Below, one piece after another: positions 9,377 through 19,661 of a stretch of 64,000 nt of DNA. The stretch spans positions 3,213 to 67,212 of the forward strand of contig DAOTYJ010000115.1 of NCBI GenBank assembly GCA_034434875.1, read 5' to 3'. The position numbers and the translations under genes were made by a program. Every line of letters starts with the position of its first letter. Position 1 is the first letter of the stretch. Origin of the DNA: Dehalococcoidia bacterium (GTDB taxonomy: Bacteria > Chloroflexota > Dehalococcoidia > JAUQQI01). The notes beneath the pieces were generated by a model. It searched no databases. It was given only the letters and a program-made list of their open reading frames with translations, and was not told the origin of the DNA.

Positions 9377-10387
9377 TCAGGCCGGCAGGATTCCGCCGGC
9401 TTCGCCGAGCTCTTTAAGGGCCCCGACCAGCTCTTCGACCCCCACCGGCACCGCCCCCACCTTCCCCACCACCAGGCCGGCGGCCACCGCCGCGACCCAG
9501 GCCGCCTGGGTCAGGCCGGCCCCGGCCGCCAGGCTCAGGGTGAGGGCGGCGATGGCGGTATCCCCGGCCCCGGTCACGTCCCGGACCTCCCGCCGGCCCA
9601 CGGCCGGGACCACCTCGGGGGCCGCCCCCGGCCGGAAGAGCATCATCCCCTTCTCGCCCATGGTCACCACCAGGTTGGCGCATTTGAGCCGCTCCAGGAG
9701 GGCCTGACCGGCCGCGGCCACCTCCTCGTACCCGGCCAGGCGCCGGCCCAGGACCGCCTCGGCCTCCCGCAGGTTGGGTTTGACCAGCTCGACGCCCTCG
9801 TATTCGAAAAACCGCTCCAGCTTCGGGTCCACCGTCCGGAGCAGGCCCCGCCGGCCGGCCCGGGCCTTCACCTCGGCGATCACCCTGGGGGTGAGCGCCC
9901 CCTTGTTGTAGTCCTCGAAGAGCACCGCGTCGGCCCCGGCCAGGAATGCCTCCAGCCGGCCGAGAAGCGCGTCTTCGACGGCCGGGGGGATGGGGCCGGT
10001 GAACTCCCGGTCGGCCCGGACCACCTGCTGGTTGTGGGCGATGATCCGGGTTTTCAGGGTGGTGGGGCGGTCGGGGTCGGCGACGAGGCCGGCGTCGTCG
10101 ATGCCCTGGCCGGCCAGGGCCTCCCGGAGGAGCCGGGCGGCGTGGTCGCCCCCCACAACCCCCACCAGGAGGGGCTCGGCCCCCAGGGCCTTGATGTTGG
10201 CGGCCACGTTGGCCGCCCCGCCGGGCCGGACCGTCTGGCTCTTTATTTCAACGACCGGGACCGGCGCCTCCGGGGAGATGCGGGTCACCGTCCCCCAGAG
10301 GTACTCGTCGAGCATGACGTCGCCCACCACGACGACCCGCTTGGCCTGCCAGTTTCGGACGATGGCTATGAGCTCGGTTTCGCCCAT
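9377..10387 (-). CDS. hldA: D-glycero-beta-D-manno-heptose-7-phosphate kinase (RfaE domain I, PfkB family)
   Basis: 336 aa; RVVVVGDVMLDEYLWGTVTRISPEAPVPVV...GGAANVAANIKALG...DVTGAGDTAIAALTLSLAAG matches the ribokinase-like heptose kinase domain. Confidence 0.8.
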   Translation of the reverse strand: MGETELIAIVRNWQAKRVVVVGDVMLDEYLWGTVTRISPEAPVPVVEIKSQTVRPGGAANVAANIKALGAEPLLVGVVGGDHAARLLREALAGQGIDDAGLVADPDRPTTLKTRIIAHNQQVVRADREFTGPIPPAVEDALLGRLEAFLAGADAVLFEDYNKGALTPRVIAEVKARAGRRGLLRTVDPKLERFFEYEGVELVKPNLREAEAVLGRRLAGYEEVAAAGQALLERLKCANLVVTMGEKGMMLFRPGAAPEVVPAVGRREVRDVTGAGDTAIAALTLSLAAGAGLTQAAWVAAVAAGLVVGKVGAVPVGVEELVGALKELGEAGGILPA

Positions 10388-10410
10388 AACGGTGACCTTC
10401 TCCCGGAAGT

Positions 10411-11365
10411 TTACCCGAGGCCCTCGACCAGGGCCTGGGCCAGCAGGGGGACCATGAGCTCGTGGTGGCCGGTGAGGTGGATCCCCCGGCCCCCCTGGAG
10501 GGTGGGCCGCCGCAGGACGTTCTCCGACGGCCGGTAATGCCGCAGCATGTCTAAATTTACCGTGGTAAAATTCTCCACCCGGTGTCCCAGGTTGCGGGCC
10601 AGGTTGAGGGCCTTAAGAAAGACCTCGGGCAGAACGACGGCCGAGCCGACGTTGAGATAAACGCCCCCTTCCAGCCGGGCCACCAGGCCCGCAAACCGGA
10701 GAAAATCCTCGAAGCTGGCGGCCCCCAGGGCGTCGCCCCGGGCCGCCGGGTGCATGTGGATGATGTCGGCCCCGATGGTGACGTGGAGGGTGGCGGGGAT
10801 GCCCCGCCGGTAAGCCTGGGCCAGCAGGCTTATATCCGCGTTGGGCAGGTTTGACTCCAGAATCCGCCGGCCCACCACCTCCCCCCAGCCGGCCCCGGTG
10901 GCCATCGCCTCGACGGCGCACTCGTTGAGAAAGCGGCCCGTCTCCTCGGCCATCCCGAAGGTGCCGTCGGCCAGGCCCGCGGCCACATCCTCGGAGGTCT
11001 GGCCGACGAGGGCCAGCTCGAAGTCGTGGATGGCCCCGGCCCCGTTCAGGGCCAGCCCGCCCACGTAGCCGGCGTCCATCAGGCCGATGATGACCGGGTT
11101 CAGACCGACCTTAACCACGTGGGCGCCCAGGCCCCAGAGGACCGGCCGGCCCGCCGCCCGGGCCGCCCGGATGGCCCCCACCACCGCCCGCAGGTCCTCG
11201 GCCGCCAGAATCCGGGGCAGGCGGCCGAAAAACTCCCGGAAGGAGCTTCCCGGCTGCGGCGGCCCGGCCAGGGCCTCCCGGGCCACCTTGCTGGGCCGGG
11301 CCTGGAGGGGAACGGTCCGGGCCCGGCGGTGGTCCAGGCGGGGAAATTCAGGCTTCTCCGTCGGC
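10411..11365 (-). CDS. conserved hypothetical protein, tentatively deoxyhypusine-synthase-like (DHS-like NAD-binding fold); start uncertain
   Basis: Only the C-terminal ~315 aa of ORF 10411-11640 look proteinaceous ([71 protein letters not shown]...[13 protein letters not shown]...); family assignment from memory is weak; sits between hldA and gmhA. Confidence 0.4.
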
Positions 11366-11935
11366 AAGCTCCGCCTCCACCAGGTCGCAGAGGATGTGGC
11401 CCAGGGTGATGTGGCACTCCTGGATGCGGGCCGTGTCCTCCGAAGGGACCACCAGGGCCAGGTCGACCAGACCGGCCAGCCGGCCCCCGTCCCGGCCGGC
11501 CAGCCCGACGGTCTTGAGGCCCAGGGCCCGGGCGGCCTCCACCGCCCGGAGGACATTGGGGCTTCGGCCGCTGGTGCTGATGGCGACGAGGACATCCCCC
11601 GGCCGGCCGAGGGCCTCCACCTGCCGGCTGAAAACCTCATCGAAGCCGAAGTCGTTGCCGATGGCGGTAAGGGCCGAGGTATCGGCCGTCAGGGCGAGGG
11701 CAGCCAGCCCCGGCCGGTTCCGCCGGTAGCGGCCGACCAGCTCCGCCGCCAGGTGCTGGCTGTCGGCGGCGCTGCCGCCGTTGCCGCAGAACAGCACCTT
11801 GTTTCCCCCCTTAAGGGCCTCGGCCACCAGCCGGGCGGCGGCCGCCAGCCTTTCGGCAAGGTTTTCGGCCAGCCAGAGCTTGAGCCGGGCCGATTCGGCC
11901 AGCTGGGCCCGGACGGCGGCCGCCGGGTCGGTCAC
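11348..11935 (-). CDS. gmhA: D-sedoheptulose-7-phosphate isomerase (SIS domain)
   Basis: C-terminal 195 aa of ORF 11348-12673: [49 protein letters not shown]...[38 protein letters not shown]...[15 protein letters not shown]; probable GTG start at 11935 after GGGAGGGG; the rest of the 441-aa ORF is GC-driven extension. Confidence 0.85.
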   Translation of the reverse strand: MTDPAAAVRAQLAESARLKLWLAENLAERLAAAARLVAEALKGGNKVLFCGNGGSAADSQHLAAELVGRYRRNRPGLAALALTADTSALTAIGNDFGFDEVFSRQVEALGRPGDVLVAISTSGRSPNVLRAVEAARALGLKTVGLAGRDGGRLAGLVDLALVVPSEDTARIQECHITLGHILCDLVEAELADGEA

Positions 11936-13161
11936 GTCCCCCTCCCGGACCCCACCCCGGCCGGCCGGCCCAGAAGCTCCGCCGCCGCCTCCACCACCCG
12001 CCGGACGGGGATCAGGGTTAGGCAGTAGTTTTCGATGTGCCGGCAGTGGACGTGGTCGCACGGCCGGCAGGGCAGGTCGATTTCTAAAAGCCGGTATTCG
12101 GTGCCGTAAGGGTGGTACTTGGCCGGCTCCGAGGGCCCGAAGAAGGTCACCACCGGGACCCCGGCCGCGGCCGCAAAGTGCATCGGGGCGCTGTCGTTGC
12201 CGATGAAAAGGTCCACCTCCCGGAGCAGGGCGGCCGTCTGGCGCAGGCTCAGCCGGCCCACAAAGTTGGCCACCGGCCCGTCGTAATCCCGGGTGAACCG
12301 GGCGGCCAGGTTTGCCTCCTCGGGGCCGCCCACCAGGTAAACGACCATCCCCGGGTAGAGGCGGCGGAGGGCCCGGACCGCGGCCGCCAACTTGCCCACC
12401 GGCAGGCACTTGGTGGCGAAGCCGGCCCCCAGGTGGACGGCCACCCGGGGGTTCCCGCCGGCCTCGGCCGCAAGCTTCTGGCCGAACCCGACCTCTTCGG
12501 GCCGGAGGGGGAGCTGGGGCCCCCCTTCCGCCGGCCGGACCCCGAGCTGGCCCACCACCGCCTGCCCGAAGTCCACCCGGTGGACGGGCCGGTCGGGGCC
12601 GAGGCTTACGTGGAGCCAGGAGCCGCCGCCCCGGGCGTCGCTGCCGACCCGAAGCTTGGGCCCCAAAAGCCACGTAAAAAAGATATCCCGGGGGTCCCCC
12701 CGGAGCTCCACGGCGGCGTCGAAGGCCTCCCGCCGCAGGCGGCGGACGGCCCCCAAAAGTTCAAGGGCGGCATTCGCCCAGCTCAGCCGCTCCCCCCGCC
12801 AGGCCCGGTGCCAGGGGACCTTCACGGCCCAGATGCGGTCGACGGCCGGGTGGCCTTCCAGGAGGGCCGCCCCGGCCGGGTCGGTCACCAGGTGGATTTC
12901 GGCGGCGGGGAAGCGGCGGCGAAGGGCCCGGATGGCCGGCTCCGAAAGGAGGACGTCCCCGATGGAGTCCAGCCGGACGACGGCGATTTTGAGCCCCCGG
13001 CCGTCCCCGGTGGCGAGCCGGGTAAAGACCTCCTTCCAGGCCCGGTCCCGGCCGGTCCACCGGTCGTGGAGGCCGATGAGCCGGGCGATGGGGCCTTCCA
13101 GGCGGCCGATGACCCGGCTTTTGACCTTTCGGTCGAGGCCCATCATCCCCTGATTATACAC
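11932..13161 (-). CDS. glycosyltransferase family 9 (ADP-heptose:acceptor heptosyltransferase-like)
   Basis: 409 aa; [35 protein letters not shown]...[41 protein letters not shown]...[28 protein letters not shown] is the RfaF/WaaC GT9 signature. Confidence 0.8.
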   Translation of the reverse strand: MYNQGMMGLDRKVKSRVIGRLEGPIARLIGLHDRWTGRDRAWKEVFTRLATGDGRGLKIAVVRLDSIGDVLLSEPAIRALRRRFPAAEIHLVTDPAGAALLEGHPAVDRIWAVKVPWHRAWRGERLSWANAALELLGAVRRLRREAFDAAVELRGDPRDIFFTWLLGPKLRVGSDARGGGSWLHVSLGPDRPVHRVDFGQAVVGQLGVRPAEGGPQLPLRPEEVGFGQKLAAEAGGNPRVAVHLGAGFATKCLPVGKLAAAVRALRRLYPGMVVYLVGGPEEANLAARFTRDYDGPVANFVGRLSLRQTAALLREVDLFIGNDSAPMHFAAAAGVPVVTFFGPSEPAKYHPYGTEYRLLEIDLPCRPCDHVHCRHIENYCLTLIPVRRVVEAAAELLGRPAGVGSGRGT

Positions 13162-13182
13162 CGGGCGCCGGGACCCCCGGCC

Positions 13183-14301
13183 TTAAGGCCGGCGGGCGAG
13201 GATGAGCCGCCGGTAGAACTCCCGGGTCTGGTCGGCCACGGCCCGGTGGGAAAAACGGCCCACGGCCTGCCGGCGGCCCAGCTCCCCGAGGATGCGCCGG
13301 AGGGTCGGGTCCAGCATCAGCCGCCGAATCGCCCCCCGCAGGCCCAGCACATCCCCCTCCGCCACCACAATCCCCCCGTCGCCCAGGGTCCGGGGGACCT
13401 CCCCCGAGTCGCTGCCCACCACCGGAACCCCGCAGGCCTGGGCCTCGACGATGACCCGCCCGAACTGCTCCTTCCACCGCCGGCCCGTCAGGGAAGGCAC
13501 CACCAGGACGTCGACGGACCGGTAAAACTCGGGCATCTCCGTCGAGGCGAAGGGTCCCAGGAGCCGCCACCGGCCGCCCAGCCCCCGGAGCCTGGCCTCC
13601 ACCTGCCGGCGGACGGCCGGGTCGGACCCGAAGCCCCCGACGATGAGGAGCTCCCAGTCGCCTTCCAGGCCGGCCACCGCATCCAGCAGCCAGTGGGCCC
13701 CCTTCTCGGGCACCAGCCGGCCGACAAAGCCGATGCGGAACGGCCCGGTCCGGGGGCGGGGTTCCGGCCGGAAGAGCTCCGGGTCCACCCCGAACTGGGG
13801 GACCACCGCCACTGGCCCGGTAAACCCCCGCCGGCGCAGGAGCAGCTCGGCCTCCCGGTTGCCGGCGATGGCCCCGGCGGCCCCGGCGAAGACGGCCCGC
13901 TGGAACCAGGAGAAGGGGGGCGGGATGGGGTTCGGCATGTTCTGCCAGGTGAAGAAAAGACCGAGGGCCCCGGCCCGGCGGGCCAGCCGCAGGCCGTGAA
14001 AGGTCACCAGGTCGTAAGGCTCCTCGTCCAGGTGGACCAGGTCCGGCTTAAATTCGGCCAGAACCCGGCCCAGGCCCGGGTAGTAATGAAGGTGGACCCG
14101 GCCGTTAAAGCGGGGGGGCAGGATATACACCCGGTAGCCCTCGTCGTTTCCGGGCTCGAAGGGGGCGACCTCCTTGCCGAACCGCCAGAACGGGGGGACC
14201 ACCAGGCCGAGCTCGATATCCCCGCCGGCCGCCAGGGCCCGCAGCTTCTTCCGGTATTCGGCCACGTAGCAGGCCTTGGAAACCATCAGGACCCGGATCA
14301 T
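13183..14301 (-). CDS. glycosyltransferase family 4
   Basis: ORF 13183-14448 trimmed to ATG at 14301 (MIRVLMVSKACYVAEYRKKL...); C-terminal GT4 motif region FVGRLVPEKGAHWLLDAV...VVPSLTGRRWKEQFGRVIVEAQACGVPVVGSDSGEVP. Confidence 0.8.
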   Translation of the reverse strand: MIRVLMVSKACYVAEYRKKLRALAAGGDIELGLVVPPFWRFGKEVAPFEPGNDEGYRVYILPPRFNGRVHLHYYPGLGRVLAEFKPDLVHLDEEPYDLVTFHGLRLARRAGALGLFFTWQNMPNPIPPPFSWFQRAVFAGAAGAIAGNREAELLLRRRGFTGPVAVVPQFGVDPELFRPEPRPRTGPFRIGFVGRLVPEKGAHWLLDAVAGLEGDWELLIVGGFGSDPAVRRQVEARLRGLGGRWRLLGPFASTEMPEFYRSVDVLVVPSLTGRRWKEQFGRVIVEAQACGVPVVGSDSGEVPRTLGDGGIVVAEGDVLGLRGAIRRLMLDPTLRRILGELGRRQAVGRFSHRAVADQTREFYRRLILARRP

Positions 14302-15071
14302 GGGCCTTTCGGACGCTCGGCCGAAACGTGCATTACCACCGCCGCCAGGGGCACCCGGCCCAGGAGGGTCGACTCCAGGTGGGCCAGAACCCAGAGGACC
14401 CGGACGAAAAACCGAAAAAGAAGGTTGCGCCGGAGCCGCCCGGCCCACCCTTCCCGCTCCACATAAAACAAAAAGTCTTTAAGCTGGCCCACCGGGTGCA
14501 TGCTGTAGCGCACATCCTGGACCCGAAAGCCGGCCCCGGCCAAAAGCCTTAAGATGTCGGCGTGGGTGAACCGCTGGATGTGCCCCCCGTGGCGCTCCTT
14601 CAGGTCGGCCCCGACCCCCAGCTTGGCGGCCAGCCAGTAGAGGGTGAGGGGCTGGCCCTCGCAGGGCACCAGCAGGTGGAACCGGCCCCCCGGCCGCAGA
14701 ACCCGGTAGGCCTCGGCCAGGGCCGCCTCCGGCCGGGGCAGGTGCTCCAAAACGTCCACCATCAGCACGAAGTCGAAGCCGGCGTCCCGGTAGGGGAGCC
14801 GGTGGGCGTCGGCCAGGACGTATTCGGCCGCCTCCGGGAAGGCCCTTCCGGCCTTAAGGCTGACCAGGGAGAGGTCGCAGCCGAAAAGCTCCCAGCCGGG
14901 CCTTCGGCGGCCGATGGTCCGCAGGAACCGTCCGGCCCCGCAGCCCACCTCCAGCATCCGGCCCGGTCCCGGGGGCACCCAGGCCAGGGCCCGCCGGAGG
15001 GCGATGTTTAAGGGGTGGACATAACCGCCGCCCCAGACCTGGTCGAGCCGAGTGCGCGTAAATAGACCCAA
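14298..15071 (-). CDS. class I SAM-dependent methyltransferase (Methyltransf_11-like)
   Basis: 257 aa; SAM-binding motif RMLEVGCGAGRFL and motif II DFVLMVDVLEHLP; ATGA overlap with the downstream GT4 gene; 5' end overlaps the upstream GT4 gene by ~60 nt, so the true start may lie further in. Confidence 0.75.
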   Translation of the reverse strand: MGLFTRTRLDQVWGGGYVHPLNIALRRALAWVPPGPGRMLEVGCGAGRFLRTIGRRRPGWELFGCDLSLVSLKAGRAFPEAAEYVLADAHRLPYRDAGFDFVLMVDVLEHLPRPEAALAEAYRVLRPGGRFHLLVPCEGQPLTLYWLAAKLGVGADLKERHGGHIQRFTHADILRLLAGAGFRVQDVRYSMHPVGQLKDFLFYVEREGWAGRLRRNLLFRFFVRVLWVLAHLESTLLGRVPLAAVVMHVSAERPKGP

Positions 15072-16123
15072 CAGGTCGCCTCCGCCGTCCGTCGCCAGGT
15101 GAGCTTCCGGGCCCGCTCCAGGCCCCGGGCCCGAAGCTCGGCCCGAAGGTCGGCATCCTTTAAAAGTTTTAATATGCCCCCCAGCAGGCTTGCGTCGTCT
15201 TCGGGGTCCACCAGCAGGGCCGCCTCCCCCACCACCTCCGGCAGGGAGGTCCGGCCGGCGCAGACCACCGGCGTCCCGCAGGCCATCGCCTCCAGGGGCG
15301 GCAGGCCGAAGCCCTCGTAGACGGAGGGGTAGACGAAGAGGTCGGCCCCGGCGTAGAGGGCCGGCCGGTCCTCTTCGGGAATCGGCCCCAAAAACCTGAC
15401 CCGGCCCTCCACCCCGGCCGCCCGGACCACCCCCAAAATATCGGGGAATATGGGGCCGGGTCGGGGCGGTTGGCCGCCCACGGCCAGGACCCAGGGCTCG
15501 GGGACCTCCCGAAAGAGCCTTATCAGCCGGTCCAGCTGTTTGCGCCGGTCGAAGCCGCCCAGGTAGAAGATATACGGCCCCTCAAGGCCGTAGCGGCGGC
15601 GCACCGCTTCGGTCCTTTCGGGCGTAAGGCCCGCCCCGAAGTCCGGGTCGACCCCCAGGGGGACCACGTCGACCCGGTCGGCCGGGACGGCCGTAAACCT
15701 CAGGATGTCCTTTCGGGTCCATTCCGAGTCGGCGACGACCCGGTCGGCCCGGGCCAGGGCCCGCCGGGCGGCCCAGATGTAGAGCCTGAAGGCCAGGGAG
15801 CCCCGGTAGCCGGGAAGGGCCAGCATCAGCAGGTCGTGGACCGTCACCACCAGGGGCCGAAGCTTAAACCACGGCGGCCCGAAGTAGGGGACGTGGACCA
15901 GGTCCACCCCGGCCCTCCGGGCAAACTGCCAGACGCCGACCTGCTCAAACCAGACCTTCCCCAGGTCGCCCTTGAGGCGGGGCCTTTCCGGGGGCCCGAG
16001 CCGGATAAGGGCAAGGCCGAACCCGGGGGCCAGCTCCCCCAGGGCTTTAAAGAGCCGGCGGCTGTACTCGCCGGTTCCCGTCTCGGGGAACTGCCAGAAG
16101 TAGCCGCTAAAACCTACCCGCAT
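15008..16123 (-). CDS. glycosyltransferase family 4
   Basis: 371 aa; MRVGFSGYFWQFPETGTGEYSRRLFKAL... N-terminal GT-B domain and C-terminal EX7E-type region PSVYEGFGLPPLEAMACGTPVVCAGRTSLPEVVGEAALLVDPED. Confidence 0.8.
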   Translation of the reverse strand: MRVGFSGYFWQFPETGTGEYSRRLFKALGELAPGFGLALIRLGPPERPRLKGDLGKVWFEQVGVWQFARRAGVDLVHVPYFGPPWFKLRPLVVTVHDLLMLALPGYRGSLAFRLYIWAARRALARADRVVADSEWTRKDILRFTAVPADRVDVVPLGVDPDFGAGLTPERTEAVRRRYGLEGPYIFYLGGFDRRKQLDRLIRLFREVPEPWVLAVGGQPPRPGPIFPDILGVVRAAGVEGRVRFLGPIPEEDRPALYAGADLFVYPSVYEGFGLPPLEAMACGTPVVCAGRTSLPEVVGEAALLVDPEDDASLLGGILKLLKDADLRAELRARGLERARKLTWRRTAEATCWVYLRALGSTRSGAAVMSTP

Positions 16124-17262
16124 CGGCCTCCCAGCGCCTCCCGGTAGACCCCGAGGAGGGTTTCGGCGGCCGCCTCCCAGCTGAATTTTGCCGCCCGCTC
16201 CCGCCCGGCCGCCGTCGCCCGGGCCCGGGCGGCCTGGTCGGTCAGGGCCTCATAAACCGCATCGGCGAGGGCCGCCGGGTCTTCGGGGTCCACCAGCCAG
16301 GCGGCATCCCCGGCCACCTCCGGGAGGGAGGCCCGGTTTGAGGCGACCACCGGGACGCCGGCGGCCATGGCCTCCAGGACGGGCAGGCCGAACCCCTCGT
16401 AAAAGGACGGGTAGACCAGGACCCCGGCCCGGCCGAGGAGGGCCGCCACCTGGGCGTCGGAAAGGCCCCGGAGCCAGCGGATATCGGCCCGGAAGGGCGA
16501 GGCCCCCAGGGCGGCCAGAAAGTCGTCGTAAAGCCAGCCCGGCGCCCCGACGATGACCAGGGGCCGGGCAAGGGCCGGATATTTTCGCCGGAGGAGATTG
16601 TAGGCCGCAATGAGCCCCGGCAGGTTCTTGCGGGGCTCGACCCGGCCGATAAACAGGATATACCCGGGCGCCAGGCCGAAGGCGTCAAGCAGGCCCTCGG
16701 CCACCGAGTCCCGGGTCTCCGGGGGGTCAACCCCCCCGTAGACCACCCGGACCCGGCCCGGGTCGATTTTCAAAAACCGGACGATGTCGGCGGCGGTGGC
16801 CCGGGAGTCGGCCACCACCAGCCGGGCCCGGCGGACCGAGGCCGGCACCGCCCGGCGCAGAAACCGCCCCAGCCGGCCGGACACCCACCGGGGGTCGACC
16901 AGGAAGTTAAGGTCGTGGACGGTCACCAGTCCCACCGCCCGGGAAAGGGGCGGCAGGACGAAGTTGAGGCCGTGGAAAAGGTCAAAGCCCGGGACCAGCC
17001 GGTCGAGGGGCACGGGAAGCCCCAGCCAGAACCAGGCGGCCAGAAAGGTCCGCTCCTTGAAGGGGAGCCGGGCCTCCCGGAATCGGGGGCCGTAGGCCGC
17101 CGGGTTAAAGGGGGGACAGTCCCGGGTGGTCACCAGCAGGAACGAAAACGCCGAGGGGACCCGGCTCAGGCCCCCCGCCAGGCCCCGGACGAACCGGCCG
17201 ATGCCGGCCGACTGCTTTAAGGCCGGGGTGAAATCAAGGGCTATTACCGGCATCGGCCGCAA
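16114..17262 (-). CDS. glycosyltransferase family 4
   Basis: 382 aa; VYPSFYEGFGLPVLEAMAAGVPVVASNRASLPEVAGDAAWLVDPEDPAALADAV is the GT4 signature; 10-nt overlap with the downstream gene. Confidence 0.8.
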   Translation of the reverse strand: MRPMPVIALDFTPALKQSAGIGRFVRGLAGGLSRVPSAFSFLLVTTRDCPPFNPAAYGPRFREARLPFKERTFLAAWFWLGLPVPLDRLVPGFDLFHGLNFVLPPLSRAVGLVTVHDLNFLVDPRWVSGRLGRFLRRAVPASVRRARLVVADSRATAADIVRFLKIDPGRVRVVYGGVDPPETRDSVAEGLLDAFGLAPGYILFIGRVEPRKNLPGLIAAYNLLRRKYPALARPLVIVGAPGWLYDDFLAALGASPFRADIRWLRGLSDAQVAALLGRAGVLVYPSFYEGFGLPVLEAMAAGVPVVASNRASLPEVAGDAAWLVDPEDPAALADAVYEALTDQAARARATAAGRERAAKFSWEAAAETLLGVYREALGGRCG

Positions 17263-18247
17263 CCTCCCGGGTCGTCTCGAGCCGCCCCGAAAGGATGTAT
17301 GCCGGCAGGCCCGAGAGGATAAGGCTCCAGTAGCTGATGAGCCGGTCGGCCAGGGCCGCGGTGACGGCCAGGTCCAGGGGCACGGCCAGGCTGAGCAGGC
17401 CGGCTACCCCCAGCTCCACCAGACCCAGGCCCCCCGGGGTGAAGGGGACGGTGGTGAGGACCGAGTTGGCCAGGGCGGCAAAGACCACCATGGGCGGGGC
17501 GATTTTCAGGCCCAGGGCCTGGGTTACCAGGGCAAGGCGGCCCACCTCGCAGGCCCAGACGGCCGCCGTGAGGGCCAGGGTGAGGGGCAGCCGCCTGAAC
17601 CCGGCCCGGGTTCCGGACTCCAGCCGGAGGTAGACGTCGGCGAATCTGGCCGGCAGACGTCGCCGGACCCTGGGCCCGAGCCGGTAAAATAGGCCGACGC
17701 CGGCCAGGGCCACGAGCAAAAGAAGGACGCCCAGCCCCCCGACCTCGGCCAGGGTCCGGCGGGAGACCGAACCGATGAGAAAGACCGCCGAGGCGGCCAG
17801 GGCCGAGACCACGACGGTGAGGTCCAGGAGGCGCTCGACGAGGACGGTGCCCGCCGCCTCCGAGAAGCCCGAGGCGCCGTTGCGCTTCAGGTGGTAGGCC
17901 CGGTAAAGGTCCCCCAGCTTGGCGGGGAGCAGGCAGTTGGCGAACCAGCTGGCCAGAATAACCACCGCCAGGTGCCAGGGGCCGGGGGGCGGTTTAAGGT
18001 CGGGACCGGCCAGGTTGCCGAGGATGATCCGCCAGCGCAGGCCCCGCAGGGGGAAGGTGGCGTAGTAAACGGCCACGGCCAGCAGAAAGAGGCCCAGGTT
18101 GGCCCCGCCCAGGGCCTTGAGGGCCTCGGTGGGGCTGATGCCGGCCCCCCGAAAGAGGGCCAGAAGCAACCCGAAGCCGACGGCCAGGGACAGGTAGGTC
18201 CGCCAGGATTTTAAGATTTTGGGCAGGTCGGGAAACGAACCGTTCAT
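17234..18247 (-). CDS. UPF0104 / lysylphosphatidylglycerol-synthase TM-region (flippase-like) membrane protein
   Basis: 337 aa, ~8 TM segments; LPAKLGDLYRAYHLKRNGASGF...LGLVELGVAGLL pattern typical of the LPG_synthase_TM / flippase-like domain. Confidence 0.6.
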   Translation of the reverse strand: MNGSFPDLPKILKSWRTYLSLAVGFGLLLALFRGAGISPTEALKALGGANLGLFLLAVAVYYATFPLRGLRWRIILGNLAGPDLKPPPGPWHLAVVILASWFANCLLPAKLGDLYRAYHLKRNGASGFSEAAGTVLVERLLDLTVVVSALAASAVFLIGSVSRRTLAEVGGLGVLLLLVALAGVGLFYRLGPRVRRRLPARFADVYLRLESGTRAGFRRLPLTLALTAAVWACEVGRLALVTQALGLKIAPPMVVFAALANSVLTTVPFTPGGLGLVELGVAGLLSLAVPLDLAVTAALADRLISYWSLILSGLPAYILSGRLETTREVAADAGNSP

Positions 18248-19656
18248 GCCGAACCCTTGGGGTGAGGCCTTACGGCCGCCGCCAGCCCGGCGGTAAGGCC
18301 GAGCTGGACCGGGAAGCCGGCCACAAACATGTTGTCAAAGACGTTGTGGGTGGCGACGGCCGCCACCCACCCGGCCGCCACCCAGCCCAGGGGGTCCTCG
18401 GGGTCCCGGCGGATGGCGGCCGCGGCCGTGGCCAGCAGCCCGGCCAGCAGGCCCAGGTGGGCCAGAAGGCCCCCAACCCCGGTCTCCGCCAGCAGATGAA
18501 GGTAGTAGTTGTGGGCGTGGGTGGCCAGGGCCGGGAGGGTCTCCCAGCCCCGGACGGCAAAGACCTCGTAGGCGACCCCGAAGTTCCCCGGCCCCACCCC
18601 CCGCAGGGGGTTTTCGGCGAACATAAACCAGGCCGCGTACCAGTAGGCCATCCGCTCCAGGATGGCGTAGCTTTCCGGCCGGAGGGGCTCATAGCGGGGG
18701 TCGGGCAGGGTGAAATAGGCCGAGAGGGGGGCCAGCCGCCCGGTCACCTCGGCCGGAACCAGGCCGTAGGCCAGGGCCGGCAGGCCGACCACGATGGCCA
18801 CCCCCAGAAGGGCGAGCAGGCCCACCGTCGTCCGCCTTCCGCCCAGGCTGGCCACCCCGAGGCCGGCGGCCAGGCCGAGCCAGGCGGCCCGGGAAAGGCT
18901 GAGGAGTTCCCCCAGGCCGGCGGCCCCGAGGGTAATGAGGCTCAGGCCGACGTCCCCGGCGGATCCCTGGCGCAGGCCGTGCCGGAGCCAGACGTAGGCG
19001 GCCACCATCCCCATGGTCAGGTAGCCGGCGTAGGGGTTCGGCTGGCCGAAGGTGCCGTAGGCCCGGAGGGTCTCCCCAAAGATAAAGCCCAGGGGCCCCA
19101 GGCGCAGGGCCGACTGCATCAGCCCGAGGCCCCCTTCGATAAGGGCCAGGCCGAGCAGGACCCGCAGGTACCACCTCCGCTGGGGTCGGGTCAGGTCGGC
19201 CGAGGCCCCGACCAGGAGGGCCAGGGCAAAGAGGCCCCACTTGGCCAGCTCCTTAAGGGCCAGGGGCACCGATTCGGCCGCCGGCAGGGCCCAGAAGAGG
19301 GCGCCCAGAAAGATAAGGGCCGGCCAGAAAGCCCCCGGCACCCGCAGAAAAGCCCGGCCCGTCCCCAGCCGGAAAAGCCAGGCCAGGGCGTAAAGGGGCA
19401 GGACGACCTCGGCCGGGCCGAGGGCGACCTCCCCCAGACTCAGGCCGAACGGGGTCGAAAGGGGTATGCTCAACAGCACGGCCAGCAGGCCGGCAAAGGG
19501 CCAGCGGAGGCAGACGACCAGAAGGCCCAAGCCCCCGACCAGGGCCACGGCCAGGCCCAGGGGCAGGAAGGCCGCGGCGGCCAGCAGGCCGGCCACGGCC
19601 CCAAAGATGAGCGGCCGACCGGGCCGGAGCTCGACGGTGGGGGCCGGGAAGGTCAT
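18244..19656 (-). CDS. O-antigen ligase/polymerase-like (Wzy_C domain) membrane protein
   Basis: 470 aa polytopic; periplasmic loop YGTFGQPNPYAGYLTMG and ATHAHNYYLHLLAETGVGGLL (H-N-x-Y-L...E-G signature of WaaL/Wzy_C/PglL/WsaB). Confidence 0.75.
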   Translation of the reverse strand: MTFPAPTVELRPGRPLIFGAVAGLLAAAAFLPLGLAVALVGGLGLLVVCLRWPFAGLLAVLLSIPLSTPFGLSLGEVALGPAEVVLPLYALAWLFRLGTGRAFLRVPGAFWPALIFLGALFWALPAAESVPLALKELAKWGLFALALLVGASADLTRPQRRWYLRVLLGLALIEGGLGLMQSALRLGPLGFIFGETLRAYGTFGQPNPYAGYLTMGMVAAYVWLRHGLRQGSAGDVGLSLITLGAAGLGELLSLSRAAWLGLAAGLGVASLGGRRTTVGLLALLGVAIVVGLPALAYGLVPAEVTGRLAPLSAYFTLPDPRYEPLRPESYAILERMAYWYAAWFMFAENPLRGVGPGNFGVAYEVFAVRGWETLPALATHAHNYYLHLLAETGVGGLLAHLGLLAGLLATAAAAIRRDPEDPLGWVAAGWVAAVATHNVFDNMFVAGFPVQLGLTAGLAAAVRPHPKGSA

Positions 19657-19661
19657 GGGTT

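Noticed and set aside
11936-12673. N-terminal 245 aa of the 441-aa ORF containing gmhA
   Set aside because: The GmhA homology starts at the GTG at 11935. The upstream part is Pro/Arg/Gly-rich and overlaps the GT9 gene in another frame.
12112-14466. 784-aa + strand ORF
   Set aside because: It is Gly/Pro/Arg/Ala-rich low-complexity translation lying antisense to three well-conserved glycosyltransferase genes. It is typical GC-driven open frame.
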